Source: Dendrobates tinctorius (taxonomy: Eukaryota). From it: a stretch of DNA of 64,000 nt. Shown piece after piece: positions 39,401 to 54,524 of this stretch; the stretch's first letter is position 1; every line of letters starts with the position of its first letter. The DNA lies in the NCBI RefSeq assembly GCF_039654945.1, contig NW_027361676.1, forward strand, positions 45,570,001 through 45,634,000, given 5' to 3'. The notes under the pieces are model-generated. The model had not been told where the DNA came from, did not search any database, and saw nothing but the letters and a program-made list of their open reading frames with translations. The translations under genes were made by a program, and so were the position numbers.

Positions 39401-40001
39401 CTATAAAGGCAAATTACAAAACATCATGCCACAGGAGAACCTTGACCTAACATTGGCTAATAAACAAGCAACTCTGGTAAATCGGTTGCTTGAGGCATTC
39501 CCAGCACACAGCAGCGGTGATGGTTCTCACACGAGCCGTACGGGCCGGGGGCAGCTTGGCAGAGGTGTTCGTGGTGCACACAGCAGAAGTGGCGTTGGAG
39601 ACAGGGGTTTCATGACAATGTTGTGGACTGATTTTTCAAATACCGCTCACACAACTGGTAATACTGCATCGATGGAAAGTGACAGGAGACAGCAGTTGTC
39701 AACTATGGTTACAAACTACTTTTCCTCCCATATCGATGTTCTCCCACACAGGTCATTCCCCTTTGACTATTGGGCCGCTAAACTGGACAACTGGCCTGAA
39801 TTGGCCCAATATGCCTTACAGGAGCTCGCTTGCCCAGCTGCAAGTGTGCTATCGGAAAGAGTCTTCAGTGCAGCTGGATCAATCCTGACAGAAAAAAGGA
39901 CCCGTCTGTCAACCCAAAATGTGGATGATCTAACCTTCATTAAAATGAACCACGCATGGGTTTCCAAGGATTTTGTCCCACCTTCCCCTGATGACACATA
40001 G
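36459..40001 (+). pseudogene. hAT transposase (ZBED-like, BED finger plus DDE), ~1180 codons
   Basis: BED finger VWQFF..C..C..LRHL...H. Motifs LTTDAW, SDNG, CLAH, TRWNS, LDPRYK and SERVFS. Compensating frameshifts at ~37080 and ~37152, and a TAG at 38043-38045. Confidence 0.93.
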
Positions 40002-40420
40002 GGTGACAGAAAAATGGCTTGCTTTGGTCCACCTCTTCCTGGTACTTCACCTATTTCGCCTTTTGCATCAGTTGAATGTCCAACATCAACATATGCCACT
40101 TTCTAAAACTCCCTAACTGTGCTGCCTCCCCCCCCATGGCCGGGGTCACCACCTAGCGCACGACACCGTGCGAGTGCCGTTGCCCTGGACAGGTGGGTAG
40201 GCCGACTCTTGGGCGCGGGCACTGGCACAGGGTCCCTCATAGTGCAATCAAGTGTCTCTGACGGTGGTGGTGCACACCCGCCATCAGACACACCGCTGTA
40301 CTATGAGGGGCCCAGTGCCAGTACAGACGCCCACGAGTGGGCCCCCCTTGCTTGGCCAGGGCCCCAGCATTTGCAATCTTTACCTCTCCCTGCTCCTCCG
40401 CTGTGTAATCTGGGCCGTCA

Positions 40421-42643
40421 AATTCATACTGTGCCTGACACCGTCTGAGCCTGCCTCCTGATGTATAGACATATATTTTGAATGTGTACGCTATCCATAC
40501 ATGTTATCCGGGGACACGTTACCCCTTCTAAACTTTGTGCAATGACGTGCAATCCATACTGGGCCTAACACCGTCTGAGCCTGCCTCATGCTGTATAGAC
40601 ATATATTTTGAATGTGTACGCTATCCATACATGTTATCCGGGGATACGTTACCCCTTCTAAACTTTGTGCAATGACATGCAATCCATACTGGGCCTAACA
40701 CCGTCTGAGCCTGCCTCATGCTGTATAGACATATATTTTGAATGTGTACGCTATCCATACATGTTATCCAAGGATACGGTACCCTTTCTAACCTTTGTGC
40801 AATGACGTGCAATCCATACTGGGCCTAACACCGTCTGAGCCTGCCTCATGCTGTATAGACATATATTTTGAATGTGTACGCTATCCATACATGTTATCCG
40901 GGGATACGGTACCCCTTCTAACCTTTGTGCAATGACGTGCAATCCATACTGGGCCTAACACCGTCTGAGCCTGCCTCATGCTGTATAGACATATATTTTG
41001 AATGTGTACGCTATCCATACATGTTATCCGGGGATACGGTACCCCTTCTAACCTTTGTGCAATGACGTGCAATCCATACTGGGCCTAACACCGTCTGAGC
41101 CTGCCTCATGCTGTATAGACATATATTTTGAATGTGTACACTATCCATACATGTTATCCGGGGATACGGTACCCCTTCTAACCTTTGTGCAATGACGTGC
41201 AATCCATACTGGGCCTAACACCGTCTGAGCCTGCCTCATGCTGTATAGACATATATTTTGAATGTGTACGCTATCCATACATGTTATCCAGGGATACGGT
41301 ACCCTTTCTAACCTTTGTGCAATGACGTGCAATCCATACTGGGCCTAACACCGTCTGAGCCTGCCTCATGCTGTATAGACATATATTTTGAATGTGTACG
41401 CTATCCATACATGTTATCCGGGGATACGGTACCCCTTCTAACCTTTGTGCAATGACGTGCAATCCATACTGGGCCTAACACCGTCTGAGCCTGCCTCATG
41501 CTGTATAGACATATATTTTGAATGTGTACGCTATCCATACATGTTATCCAGGGATACGGTACCCTTCCTAACCTTTGTGCAATGACGTGCAATCCATACT
41601 GGGCCTAACACCGTCTGAGCCTGCCTCATGCTGTATAGACATATATTTTGAATGTGTACGCTATCCATACATGTTATCCAGGGATACGGTACCCTTTCTA
41701 ACCTTTGTGCAATGACGTGCAATCCATACTGGGCCTAACACCATCTGAGCCTGCCTCATGCTGTATAGACATATATTTTGAATGTGTACGCTATCCATAC
41801 ACGTTATCCAGGGATACGGTACCCTTTCTAACCTTTGTGCAATGACGTGCAATCCATACTGGGCCTAACACCGTCTGAGCCTGCCTCATGCTGTATAGAC
41901 ATATATTTTGAATGTGTACGCTATCCATACATGTTATCCGGGGATACGGTACCCCTTCTAACCTTTGTGCAATGACGTGCAATCCATACTGGGCCTAACA
42001 CCGTCTGAGCCTGCCTCATGCTGTATAGACATATATTTTGAATGTGTACGCTATCCATACATGTTATCCGGGGATACGGTACCCCTTCTAACCTTTGTGC
42101 AATTACGTGCAATCCATACTGGGCCTAACACCGTCTGAGCCTGCCTCATGCTGTATAGACATATATTTTGAATGTGTACGCTATCCATACATGTTATCCA
42201 GGGATACTGTACCCTTTCTAACCTTTGTGCAATGACGTGCAATCCATACTGGGCCTAACACCGTCTGAGCCTGCCTCATGCTGTATAGACATATATTTTG
42301 AATGTGTACGCTATCCATACATGTTATCCGGGGATACGGTACCCCTTCTAACCTTTGTGCAATGACGTGCAATCCATACTGGGCCTAACACCGTCTGAGC
42401 CTGCCTCATGCTGTATAGACATATATTTTGAATGTGTACGCTATCCATACACGTTATCCAGGGATACGGTACCCTTTCTAACCTTTGTGCAATGACGTGC
42501 AATCCATACTGGGCCTAACACCGTCTGAGCCTGCCTCATGCTGTATAGACATATATTTTGAATGTGTACGCTATCCATACATGTTATCCAGGGATACGGT
42601 ACCCTTTCTAACCTTTGTGCAATCACGTGCAATCCATACTGGG
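40421..42643 (+). repeat. 130-bp satellite, 17 near-identical copies, inside the hAT element
   Basis: Exact 130-bp periodicity, reflected in the repeated 63-aa ORFs. Confidence 0.98.
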
Positions 42644-43587
42644 CGTGAGAACGGCTGGCGAGCTGTTAAGCAAGCTACAGCACCTGTCCAGACAAGTACA
42701 GGGATTCCCTAGCGAGGAGACTTATTTGATTGTTTTCTATGTTGGGACAGTAATTTTTGGGGAGCACTATACTCTGGAGAATGATAGATGGGGCCCACCA
42801 TACACTGGAACATTCCAAAGGTGGACATCAGACACTGGAGCAGCATTTACAGGGCCCATTATACACTAGAGCATTAGAAATGGGGCCCATTATGTTTGGA
42901 GCATTATTTGGGCCCATAAGACAGTGGAGCTTCATCCATGGGGACCAACATATACTGTAGCATTATGTGGAGCTCATCATATACTGTTTCAAACATTATA
43001 TGGGACCAATGATTTTGTATGGAGAAATAGATGGGCCTCGTCATGAGATGTAAAAAGTGAGGTATTTTTCATTGTACTATACCGCTATTTCTCTGCCGTA
43101 TCGGAGCATGATGAGTTGTGGTATGTGTTAAAGGGGCGCTCTTTCGCCCAGGGCACATGAAAACCTGCAGCCAGCCCTCCCCCCCACAACTTTAGCCAAA
43201 TAACCCCCATTTTTCAGTGCGTAACTTGTATTATGAAGTTAATTAAGGTTGACAAGCTTAAGTAAGAAGAATTGATGCTTTTGGCATTCAAATGGGCACT
43301 GTAGGTGTGTTTCCTGTCCTCCTCTCACTGCCGACTTTTTATTCCCCATTGACTTACATTGGGTTTCGTGTTTCGGGATGACCCCGACTTTTCCCTATAA
43401 TCGGACGATCTTGCTCGACCCGACTTTTGGAAAAGTCGGGTTTCACGAAACGAAACGCGACCCTAAAAAAGCAAAAGTCGCTCAACTCTAGTGCTGGCTG
43501 TTTAGCACAGCTGGTCCTTAACATGTGTAGAGCAGCTCTTGCGCCTGCTTAATACACACACATGTCACATGCATAGTTCATGTACAG

Positions 43588-44361
43588 CAGAGGTCCCCAA
43601 TCTTTCTGACCTTGAGAGTCACATTCAGCTCTAAAGGTACTGTCAAACTTAGCGATGTACCAGCGATCCCGACCAGCGATATGACGCGGTCAGGATCGCT
43701 GGTACATTGCTAAGTGGTCGCTAGTGAGCTGCCACACAGGCAGATCTCACCAGCGACATTGCTGGGGACAAGGGTTGTTACTTACCTGTCACACTGGGCG
43801 ATCCTGCGTCCTCCCGCCCGGCTCCACGCGTCGCTCGTCGTCACAGCAGGAAGCGCCGCAGGAAGCTGACGACGAGAAACAGTCCAGCCTGTTCTCGCGC
43901 GATCAGTGATAACCAGCGGGGGAGCGGGTCGTAGGTAAGTATCAGACATAGCGATATCGCTAGCAATATCGCTATAACGTCACAAGTTATAGCGATATTG
44001 CTAGCAATATCGCTTAGTGTGACATGCCCTTAAGAGATGGTCTCCAGCCACATACAGCTTCTGCCCCACTCAAAAGAAGTGACAACCAGAGCACCCAATT
44101 ACCAGTATAACTACAGTCAAAGCTTTTCCACTGAAATCACACCAAGGCTGTATGCCAAGCTTCAGGGTTTCCTATCTTAACCCAATTCAGATCTGCTCTT
44201 CCGTGCTGGGCTACACACAAAAGTCACCATCTGGAGATCTGTTCTTAACAGCTGTTTGCTACACCTGGTGATAGTGCACCAAGCTGGCAGACAGTAGCGA
44301 GCCACACATCATGGACCTGTGAGCCACATGTGGCTCCCGAGCTACAGGTTGGGGATCCCTG
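43588..44361. mobile_element. hAT (Charlie-like) MITE
   Basis: Perfect 8-bp TSD ATGTACAG at 43580-43587 and 44362-44369. TIR CAGAGGTCCCCAA / TTGGGGATCCCTG. Confidence 0.88.
43635..44030 (-). mobile_element. PIF/Harbinger-type MITE nested in the hAT MITE
   Basis: TAA TSD on both sides. Inverted homolog of 8048-8454. Confidence 0.85.
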
Positions 44362-44589
44362 ATGTACAGTATCTATTGGGAATGGATAATTTGCAAGTTA
44401 AATGCAATCCTTTAAGATTGCTTTCAATGACGTTTAGTTTGTACAAATAATAGTTTTGCCGAATTGATATATCCATTGAATACCTTTCAGGAGTTTCAAT
44501 TCCGATTTCCATGCAAATTTGAAGCTGTTTGTACATGTAGTAGGTAACCTTTTTGGCTTGCTTTATTGTGTTCCTTAGATATATTAGAA

Positions 44590-44937
44590 TATCCCCTATC
44601 CTCTGGAATTCTGTGCCCCAACACGTCTGGTTATCCACCACATTTGGATCCTTCAGACGGGACCTGAAAACCCATCTCTTCAAAAAAGCTTACAGCCTGC
44701 AATGACCATGCAGCCACCTCAACACCATCGGAGCTACTGCAACCCCCGACCTACTGTCTCCTTCCACATAATCCTGTAGCATGTAAGCCCACAAGGGTAG
44801 GGTCATCTCCCCTCTGTATCAGTCTGTAATTGTTAGTTTTCTTACTGTAAGTAACATTTGTATTTTGATGTAACCTCGTCTCATGTACAGCACCGTGGAA
44901 TTAATGGTGCAATATAAATAAATACGGTAATAATAAT
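44590..44937 (+). mobile_element. L2 LINE 3' fragment
   Basis: LWNSVP...FRRDLKTHLF followed by a 3' UTR and a taataat tail. Confidence 0.78.
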
Positions 44938-46280
44938 ATTTCACAAAGATTTTAGAAATGTGCGCAAGGTAATAAACTTTTGTGGAAAGACTTTAAATCC
45001 AGTTAGAATCAGGAAAAGTGACACAAAACACATGGCTTTGCAGACTGCCATAAAGAATTCAAAATCAATGACCTCACAAACAAGCTGGTTTTACAGTCTT
45101 TAGAATGTGTGAAAGTTTACAATGAGGTAGCAGCCTGATGTTACTTTCCAGTGAACAGCAATTTAGAATATTTCAGCCTTACAATATAGACTTTTAGGTA
45201 GCATTATTGCACTTATGGGTTAAATTATATAGGTTTTAAGTTGTTTTTTTTCATTCTGTCTTTTAGTGCTTTTGGTGCATGCTTTTTCATGCCAAATTTT
45301 TTCTCTTGACGGTATGTTATGTTTTGCCATAAGCTGTTTTGTTTTTGATACAATTGTGGCGCCCCTGAGGCTCAGTCGCCACAGAGGTACTGCACCTCCT
45401 CCTGAGGTGTGGTATCCCACCATCCAGGTAAGGTGGAGACTCCTGACCACACTCCAACACCTGCACCCCACATCACAAGGTAGTGTAGCAAAGCACCTTC
45501 GGCGGCTCCCTGCTTGGAGTATAGCAAAGCACCCATTGGTGGCTCCCTGCTTGGAACACGAAACGTGCTGGGAGGTGGGTGGAGTTAGATTACATTACAA
45601 AGAGCGTTAAGAGGTTAGGATTACAGAGTCAGTTGGTTAGAGAGTTGGAGAGAAGAAGATCCTCGGAGAGAGGGATAGATGGATGGAAGTGCTGCAGCAG
45701 CTCCCAGTTACCTGGGTCTGCTGGCACAGGAAAGGAAGAGAGAAAGAGCAACATAGACTGGAAGCCTGAATCTCCATAGAGAGGAAGATCAGTACTGAAC
45801 GTGAGGAGTAAAAGAGAACAGAGGACGTGGGTTAAAAGGGAACCCTTCCTAGAAGTTCTAAGCGCAAGGCCAGGGCCCAGTCCCCAAGGTTGTATGGATA
45901 CTAATGGTCCTGCAGCAGACACCGGAGGAATAGAAGTAGTGACCACTTTATTCCCACACAAGACTTGGGGGCACAACAGCTACTGGATATTGAGCCGGGA
46001 CTTAGTAGCAAGGAGTCCCCGAAGAAGGCTACAGCTGTCTGCCGTACAAGTAGAGTTCATAAGAACATCGGACAGGAGGCACTCCAGTGTAACTCAGTAC
46101 TAGGAGTACTTCACCTAAAGGCGCTATATGAGGAGACATTCAGAAAGGTACATGTTGGCGGAGTGTTGGAAAGGAGTATTCCAGCTTGCCTGGATGTTGA
46201 CTGAGTCCCTGACCCGGAGGACACGGCACGGAGGCAGGCACCTGTTTGTACAACAGACAGTGAGTCAAGCTTTGGAACTA

Positions 46281-47914
<1,634 letters not shown>

Positions 47915-48385
47915 TACATGCCCTGGTGTCCTCCACTTATTCCTGCGCCAACCTGCCCAGCACTGCTAAATCCCTTGCGCCTGACACTACACCATCTACG
48001 TGTCACTTCATTTACTCTGCCCTGGGACTGCAGCCCTGCCTGTGGAGGGCAATAACATCATTGCTACACCACACCATCTGTCCCAGAGGATCTGTCTGCA
48101 GCGTCGGCTTATATCTTCATTGCCGAACACCACAGGTGGCGTCACGAATCACTTATAAGCTTTCATCACCATAAGCACACTGAATCAACCCCTTTTACAA
48201 TGGGCGCCCAGGGCCACAGGCCGGGTTACAGCTGCCGTGACATCTCCTATTGAAGCTCATTGGGCCATGGTACCGAGTACCCTACAGCCCTGGGAGGGCG
48301 ACCCACAATTGGCTTTGATAAATCTATATGTATCCAGCAATGTGTGAATGAACATGCATTTTTGCAGTTTAAAAGCACTAAAAAC

Positions 48386-49855
48386 TAGAGATGGTAGGAC
48401 TGCTTGATGTTCGGGTCAGGCGGATTCAGCCGAACAGTTACAGCAAGTTTGGGTTTGGGTACCAGATGTGTACCTGGACCCGAACCAAGACCCCTTCATT
48501 TGAATGGGGGTCCGAACATCCAGTGTTTTCCATGCTGTCATGTGCATGACAGCATGGTAAACATTGCTTCTGATCAGCACTGAAATCATCCCCGCCGGTC
48601 AGAGAGCTGCAGTTCACATGCTGTCAAAAGACATTGTGAGTGCTCAGTTTTGACCAGAGGTATAAAGTTTACCTCCAGTCACTGGAGTCAGCGGATGGAA
48701 CTATAGCTCCCATCATCCGACTCTTGCTGCCACTAAGAACAGCGAGAGCAGGAGCAGCAGATGGGAGTATTCATCAGCCGCTCCTGCGCTGTAAATAAGT
48801 AATGAAAAAAAGCTGGCTGCTTGGGGCTGCATCCCTCAGCTATCAGCTTTAACAAGGCTGGTTATGAAGAATAGAGGGATCCCTGCACTGTTTTTTTAAT
48901 TATGTAAATAAATAATTTAAAAAAGGCATGGGGTCCCCCATTTTTGATAACCAGCCTTGCTAAAGCAGACAGCTGAGGGCTGGTTTTCTCAGGTTGGTAA
49001 GGGGCCATGGATATTTGCCCCCACAACCTAAAAATAGCAGCCCGCAGCTGCCCAGAAAAGGCACATTTATTAAATGCACCAATTCTGGTGCTTTACTTGG
49101 CTCTTCCCACTTACCCTGTAGCGGTTGCAAGTGGGGTTAATATTTGTGGGGTTGAAGTCAACTTTGTATTGTCAGGTGACATCAAGCCCATAGATTAGTA
49201 ATGGAGAGACATCTGTAAGACACCTTTCCATGAATAATCCTGTAGTTACATGGTAAATAAACACACAGCAAGAATAAAGCATTTTATTAGAAATAAAACA
49301 AAACACTCTTTTCCATTTTTATTTAAAAATAAACACATTTATACTCACCTAACGCCTAATTAAACCGAAGCCCTTGATCTCCTGTAATAAACCAAAGATA
49401 AAAAAAGCAATATACCATAACGGTTGTTTTGTCCCTTGCCGTAATCCATGTCTGGGGAAAACAGTTTTCAACCTGGATGGTGCCAAGATGCGACTCCTAT
49501 CTGCCACTCCTGCTCTCACTGTTATTAGCATTTGCTGGTGTCAGATGATAGGAGCAGTAGTCATATCCGCTGACACCAGTAACTTGAGGTAACTGTATAC
49601 CTCCGATCACAGCTGAGCACTCATGCTGTCTTTTGACAGCATGGGAACCGCGTCTCTCTGACCGGTGGGGATGATTTCACTGCCAATCAGAAGCGGTGTT
49701 TGCTGTGCTGTCATGCACATGATAGTGTGACAAACACCCGGTGTTCGGGCAGACAGAACTGAGCAGTAGCACGGACTTCCAGGTGAAGTCCGTACCCAAA
49801 CAGTAGGTTTTTGGCACGGACTCCGAACTTTACCGTTTGGGCTCTCTCATCTCTA
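48386..49855. mobile_element. Non-autonomous hAT element
   Basis: TIR TAGAGATG / CATCTCTA. TSD CTAAAAAC / CTAAAAAT. Internal inverted arms ~48520-48750 / ~49510-49745. Confidence 0.85.
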
Positions 49856-50468
49856 CTAAAAATGCATAAGTATTTTTTTACCAGCTTATTTTCCATATCT
49901 AATCCAATTTGATGAGGAAAATCTACACATGTAACACAATGCACTCTCAAAAAAATTGATATGCATTGTGGATTTCAAAAACATAACACAGGTCAGTTTA
50001 TGCAGCGTAAAAAAAGAACTGTAGGACTGAGATTTCTTTGAATCTCTTATACTTTGCTGCAACAAAAACATGTATGTAATGAAAGAAAGAAAACATATAA
50101 AATAACTTCCATTAGCTCACTTGTACTGTATGCAAGGGGGCTTTGAATAAATAAAAAAAGTATTTTAAATAGCCCTTAAAAATTATGATAACACTCCACC
50201 TCAACTGAACATAACCAGCGAGGTTAAAAAGAGAACCACATCTAACTTCTACAAACTGGTCCATCAGATATTGAAATAATACATCTTATGGCAGGTTATC
50301 AACACTGAATCACAGACAAAATTAGCTCCCAGATATTAGAGAGTATATTGAACCATATTTATTCTTTATTAAATATTGTATAAAGACAAACATACAAATA
50401 AATCAGAGCGCTACTAAGAAACTGCAGGGATATATAGCATAATTACCAATCCAAAAGAATCAAATGTA

Positions 50469-51121
50469 CAGTGGGGAAAAAAGTAGCCTTTGTTACGGTG
50501 GTCCCAGCTCTATGCAGGTCATTCACTAGGTCCCCCGTGTGGTTATCAGAATTTAGCTCACTATTCTTGCCATCATTTTGATCCCACACAGTGTGATCTT
50601 GCGTGGAGCCTTGTATGTTTCTATTTTCTTATTATTGCTCCCATAGTTGATTTTATCACACCAAGCTGCTTGCCTATTTCAGATTCAGTCTTCCCAGCCT
50701 GGTGCAGGGCTACAATTTTGTTTCTGGTGTCCTTCAACAGCTATTTGGTCTTCACCATAGTGGAGTTTGGAGTGTGTGTTTGAGGTTGTGGACAGGTGTC
50801 TTTCATAATTATAACAAGTTCAAACAGGTGCCATTACAATAGGCAATGAGTGAAGGACAGAGGAGCCTCTTAAAGAAGACGTTACAAGCCTGTGAGAGCC
50901 AGAAATCTTGCATATTTTTAGGTGACCAAATACTTATTTTCCACCATAATTTGCAAAAATAAATCTTGCCAAATCAGACAAGGTAATTTTCTGGATTTGT
51001 TTTCTCATTTTGACTCTCATTGTTGTAGTCTACCTATGATGACAATTACAGGCCTCTCTCATCTTTTTAAGTGGGAGAACTTGCACAATTGGTGGCTGAC
51101 TAAATACTTTTTTCCCCGCTG
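50469..51121 (-). mobile_element. Internally deleted Tc1 element
   Basis: TA flanks. TIR CAGTGGGGAAAAAAGTA / TACTTTTTTCCCCGCTG. The minus strand retains the MVKTK*L transposase start. Confidence 0.8.
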
Positions 51122-51981
51122 TATGTAGTATAGAAAATGATTAGATTAAGTTTGTGTATATAAAGACCTTGATATAATGATTAATATAGATACTTGTACC
51201 TTAAATCATTAATGGCATATAATAAATATGCGATGTGTCAATTATGTACAACACCAACAGTCTACGCTACAGTCTACAATACAGAAACTGATATATACTA
51301 CAAATAGGTAAAGTTATATGACCATGGTGTACACTTGCCTGGCAAAAAAAAGTGTACAAGCAAAAAGGATCATAATAGAGTACTTACAATTTATTATATT
51401 AGAATGTGTCTGCGCTGAAATATCCACACTGTTCCCTCCTTTAATTATAAAGACCAAGCCAATATATGAGCTTCTACAATGACCAATATCGTCAATGGAT
51501 AAATTTCCAAGGAGTGAAAAATATATATAGTGTATTACGTGTGGTCTAGAAGCGATGCAAGAGACAAAAAAATATATATGATTAAAAAATAATAAAAATA
51601 GCCTATAAATAAATTTTATGGAAACACTGAGAAAATCACTAAATTAAAAATTCACCTCAAGATAGATCCAACACAATGTATGAAATATGGTCATAAATGG
51701 TGAAGTCCATGTTTCCATTAGACACTATATTGTTTATATATTGTTTCTACGCTTTTAGGGATTTACAAGATTTTTTAAGCTTATATTTCATGCAATGCAA
51801 CAGGAGTCATCTATGCACTTAAATGCCCATGTGGGAAAATATATGTATTGCGAACAAAACGCCCACTCAGTGTACGGATTAATGAGCATTTAAGAAATAT
51901 AAGACGCAAGTTTATTGTCCATGCATTGTCAAAACACTATACAGACCATCATAGGGGATCCACTGATGGTACTATTATAAC

Positions 51982-54297
51982 TAGTGTTGAGCATTCCGAT
52001 ACTGCAAATATCGGGTGTCGGCCGATATTCGCTGTATCGGAATTCCGATACTGAGTACCGATATTTTTACAATATCGGATACCGGAATCGGAAGTTTCCA
52101 TAATGCAATGAGCCACTGTTGTGGCTGCGATTGGCTGCTGAAATGATGTCATCATGATGCGTGGTCTGTGCGCATCATGATGCGTGGTCTGTGTGGGCCT
52201 GCTGGGGGTCTGTACGAGTCTGCCGGGGGTCTGTATGGGCCTGTCGGGGGTCTGTGCGGACTGCCAGGGGTCTGTACGGGCCTGCCGGGGGTCTGTGCCG
52301 GCTGCTGGGGGTCTATGCGGACTGCCTGGGGTCTCTGCGGGCCTGCCGGGGGTTGTGTGTGTGTGGAGGCATCGTCCGATGGGACTACAAGTCCCATCGA
52401 GCTATGCCTGCTATAATGACAGTGATTGACACATTAGCCAATGATGGGACAGTAGTAGTCCCATCATCCTGCTAATGTGTTGAATGTAAAAAAAATATAT
52501 ATACATACTACATACATACTACGTATATACAACATTCATACGACATACATACTACATACATACTTCAGATATACTACATTCATACAACATGCATACATAC
52601 ATACTACATATATACTACATTCATACAGCATAAATACATACTACATATATACAACATTCATACAACATACATGCATACTACATACTACATACATACTTCA
52701 TATATACTACATTCATACAACATACATACTACATACATACTACATATATACTACATTCATACAACATACATACATGCATACTGCATACTACATACATACT
52801 ACATATATACTACATTCATACAACATACATACATACAACATACTACATACATACTTCATATATACTACATTCATACAACATACATACTACATATATACTA
52901 CATTCATACAGCATACATACATACTACATAATACATGGATACTACATATATATAACATTCATACAACATACATGCATATTTCATACTACATACATACTAC
53001 ATATATACTACATTCATACAACATACATACATACTTACATAGTACATACTACATACATACAACATGCTACAGACATACAACATACATACATACTACATAC
53101 ATACTACATACAATACATTCATACAATACATACATATCATCATACAATACACATAACATAGAGTACATATTCGCCATCACTTGTCACTTTGTTCCCCGAA
53201 GCCAGTGTCATCTATAAAAAATATGAAAATAACAAACAAGCGATATACTCCCTGATCCGCAGAAATCCACGAGTGTCCCACGACGATGTATGTTTTATGA
53301 ATGTAGTATATATGTAGTATGTATGTAGTATGCATGTATGTATGTTGCATGAATGTAGTATATATGTAGTATGTATGTAGTATGCATGTATGTATGTTGT
53401 ATGAATGTAGTACATATGAAGTATGTATTATGTAGCATGTACTGTATGTATGTTGTATGAATGTAGTTTATATGTAGTATGTACTATGTATGTATGTTGT
53501 ATGAATGTAGTATATGTAGTATGTATGTAGTATGTATGTATGTTGTATAAATGTTGTATATATGTAGTATGTATGTAGCATGTATGTATGTTGTATGAAT
53601 GCTGTATATATGTAGTATGTAAGTATGCTGAATGAATGTAGTATATATGTAGTATGTATGTAGTATGTATGTATGTTGTATGAATGTTGTATGTATGTAG
53701 TATGTATATATTTTTTTTCTTTTTTACATTCAACACATTAGCCGGATAATGGGGCTACTACTGTCCCATCGGACAATGCCTGCACACACACAACCCCCGG
53801 CAGGCCTGCATAGACCCCCGGCAGTCCACACAGACCCCAGGCAGCCGTCACAGACCCCCGGCAGGCCTGCACAGACCCCTGGCAGTCCGCACAGACCCCC
53901 GGCAGGCGCGTACAGACCCCCGGCAGGCCCACACAGACCCCCGGCAGCCGGCAGAGACCCCCGGCAGTCCGCACAGACCCCCGGCAGGCCTGTGCAGATC
54001 CCCGGCAGGCCCGCACAGACCCCAGCAGGCACATGCAGACCCCCGGCAGGCCCGCACAGACCCCGCTCTCACACACAGACATGCACAGTGTCCACCCACG
54101 CACCGCCCAAACTCTTCCCCTTCCCGAACAGGATGTGCAAGTAAAGAAAGGGTTTTTTTAAATAAGGATAATTCTGTCCCATTGACTTGAATGGGACTTC
54201 CGGTATCCTAATCGGCGATACCCGATACTTTTTGGGTATCGGTTCGATCCAATCCGATCCGATACTTCACGGTATCGGATGGTATCGCTCAACACTA
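51982..54297. mobile_element. Non-autonomous hAT element with inverted mini/microsatellite arms
   Basis: TIR TAGTGTTGAGC / GCTCAACACTA. TSD ATTATAAC / ATTATGCC. ccgata subterminal repeats. Confidence 0.88.
52500..53710. repeat. (CATA/CTA)n tract (52500-53160) and its inverted (TATG/TAG)n tract (53287-53710)
   Basis: Directly visible low-complexity arrays. Confidence 0.92.
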
Positions 54298-54524
54298 ATT
54301 ATGCCTGGTTTACAAATTGTACAGGAAGACTGGAGGAGAGGGGATTATATTAAGAAAATGTCCCGTGCAGAAAGCCAGTGGATTTTTAATTTAGATTCCT
54401 TAATGCCAAGGGGACTCAACGCAGAGGTTGAGCTTTTCACATTTAACTAAAAATTGGGGCAGCACCTAATGGGTTAATATATTAAGCTCATATCCGCAGG
54501 TTTAAAAAGGTGACCATTCCTATG

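Larger units (their letters stand above)
35138..43490 (+). mobile_element. Full-length hAT transposon (8353 bp)
   Basis: Perfect 8-bp TSD GTGCTGGC at 35130-35137 and 43491-43498. TIR TAGAGTTGAGCGA. Subterminal ccgactttt repeats. Confidence 0.97.
51782..54450 (+). pseudogene. Penelope GIY-YIG endonuclease C-terminus, split by a hAT MITE
   Basis: YISCNATGVIYALKCPCGKIYVLRTKRPLSVRINEH...LSKHYTDHH (51782-51980). Resumes after 54297 with GDYIKKMSRAESQWIFNLDSLMPRGLN. Confidence 0.88.

Noticed and set aside
36459-40001. Domesticated ZBED host gene
   Set aside because: Has TIRs, a perfect TSD, frameshifts and an internal stop.
40421-42643. CRISPR-like array or tandem 63-aa peptide genes
   Set aside because: The units are identical along their whole length with no unique spacers, there are no cas genes, and the context is eukaryotic. 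The ORFs are by-products of the 130-bp repeat.
52477-53736. His/Thr/Tyr/Ile-rich ORFs
   Set aside because: Translations of microsatellite.
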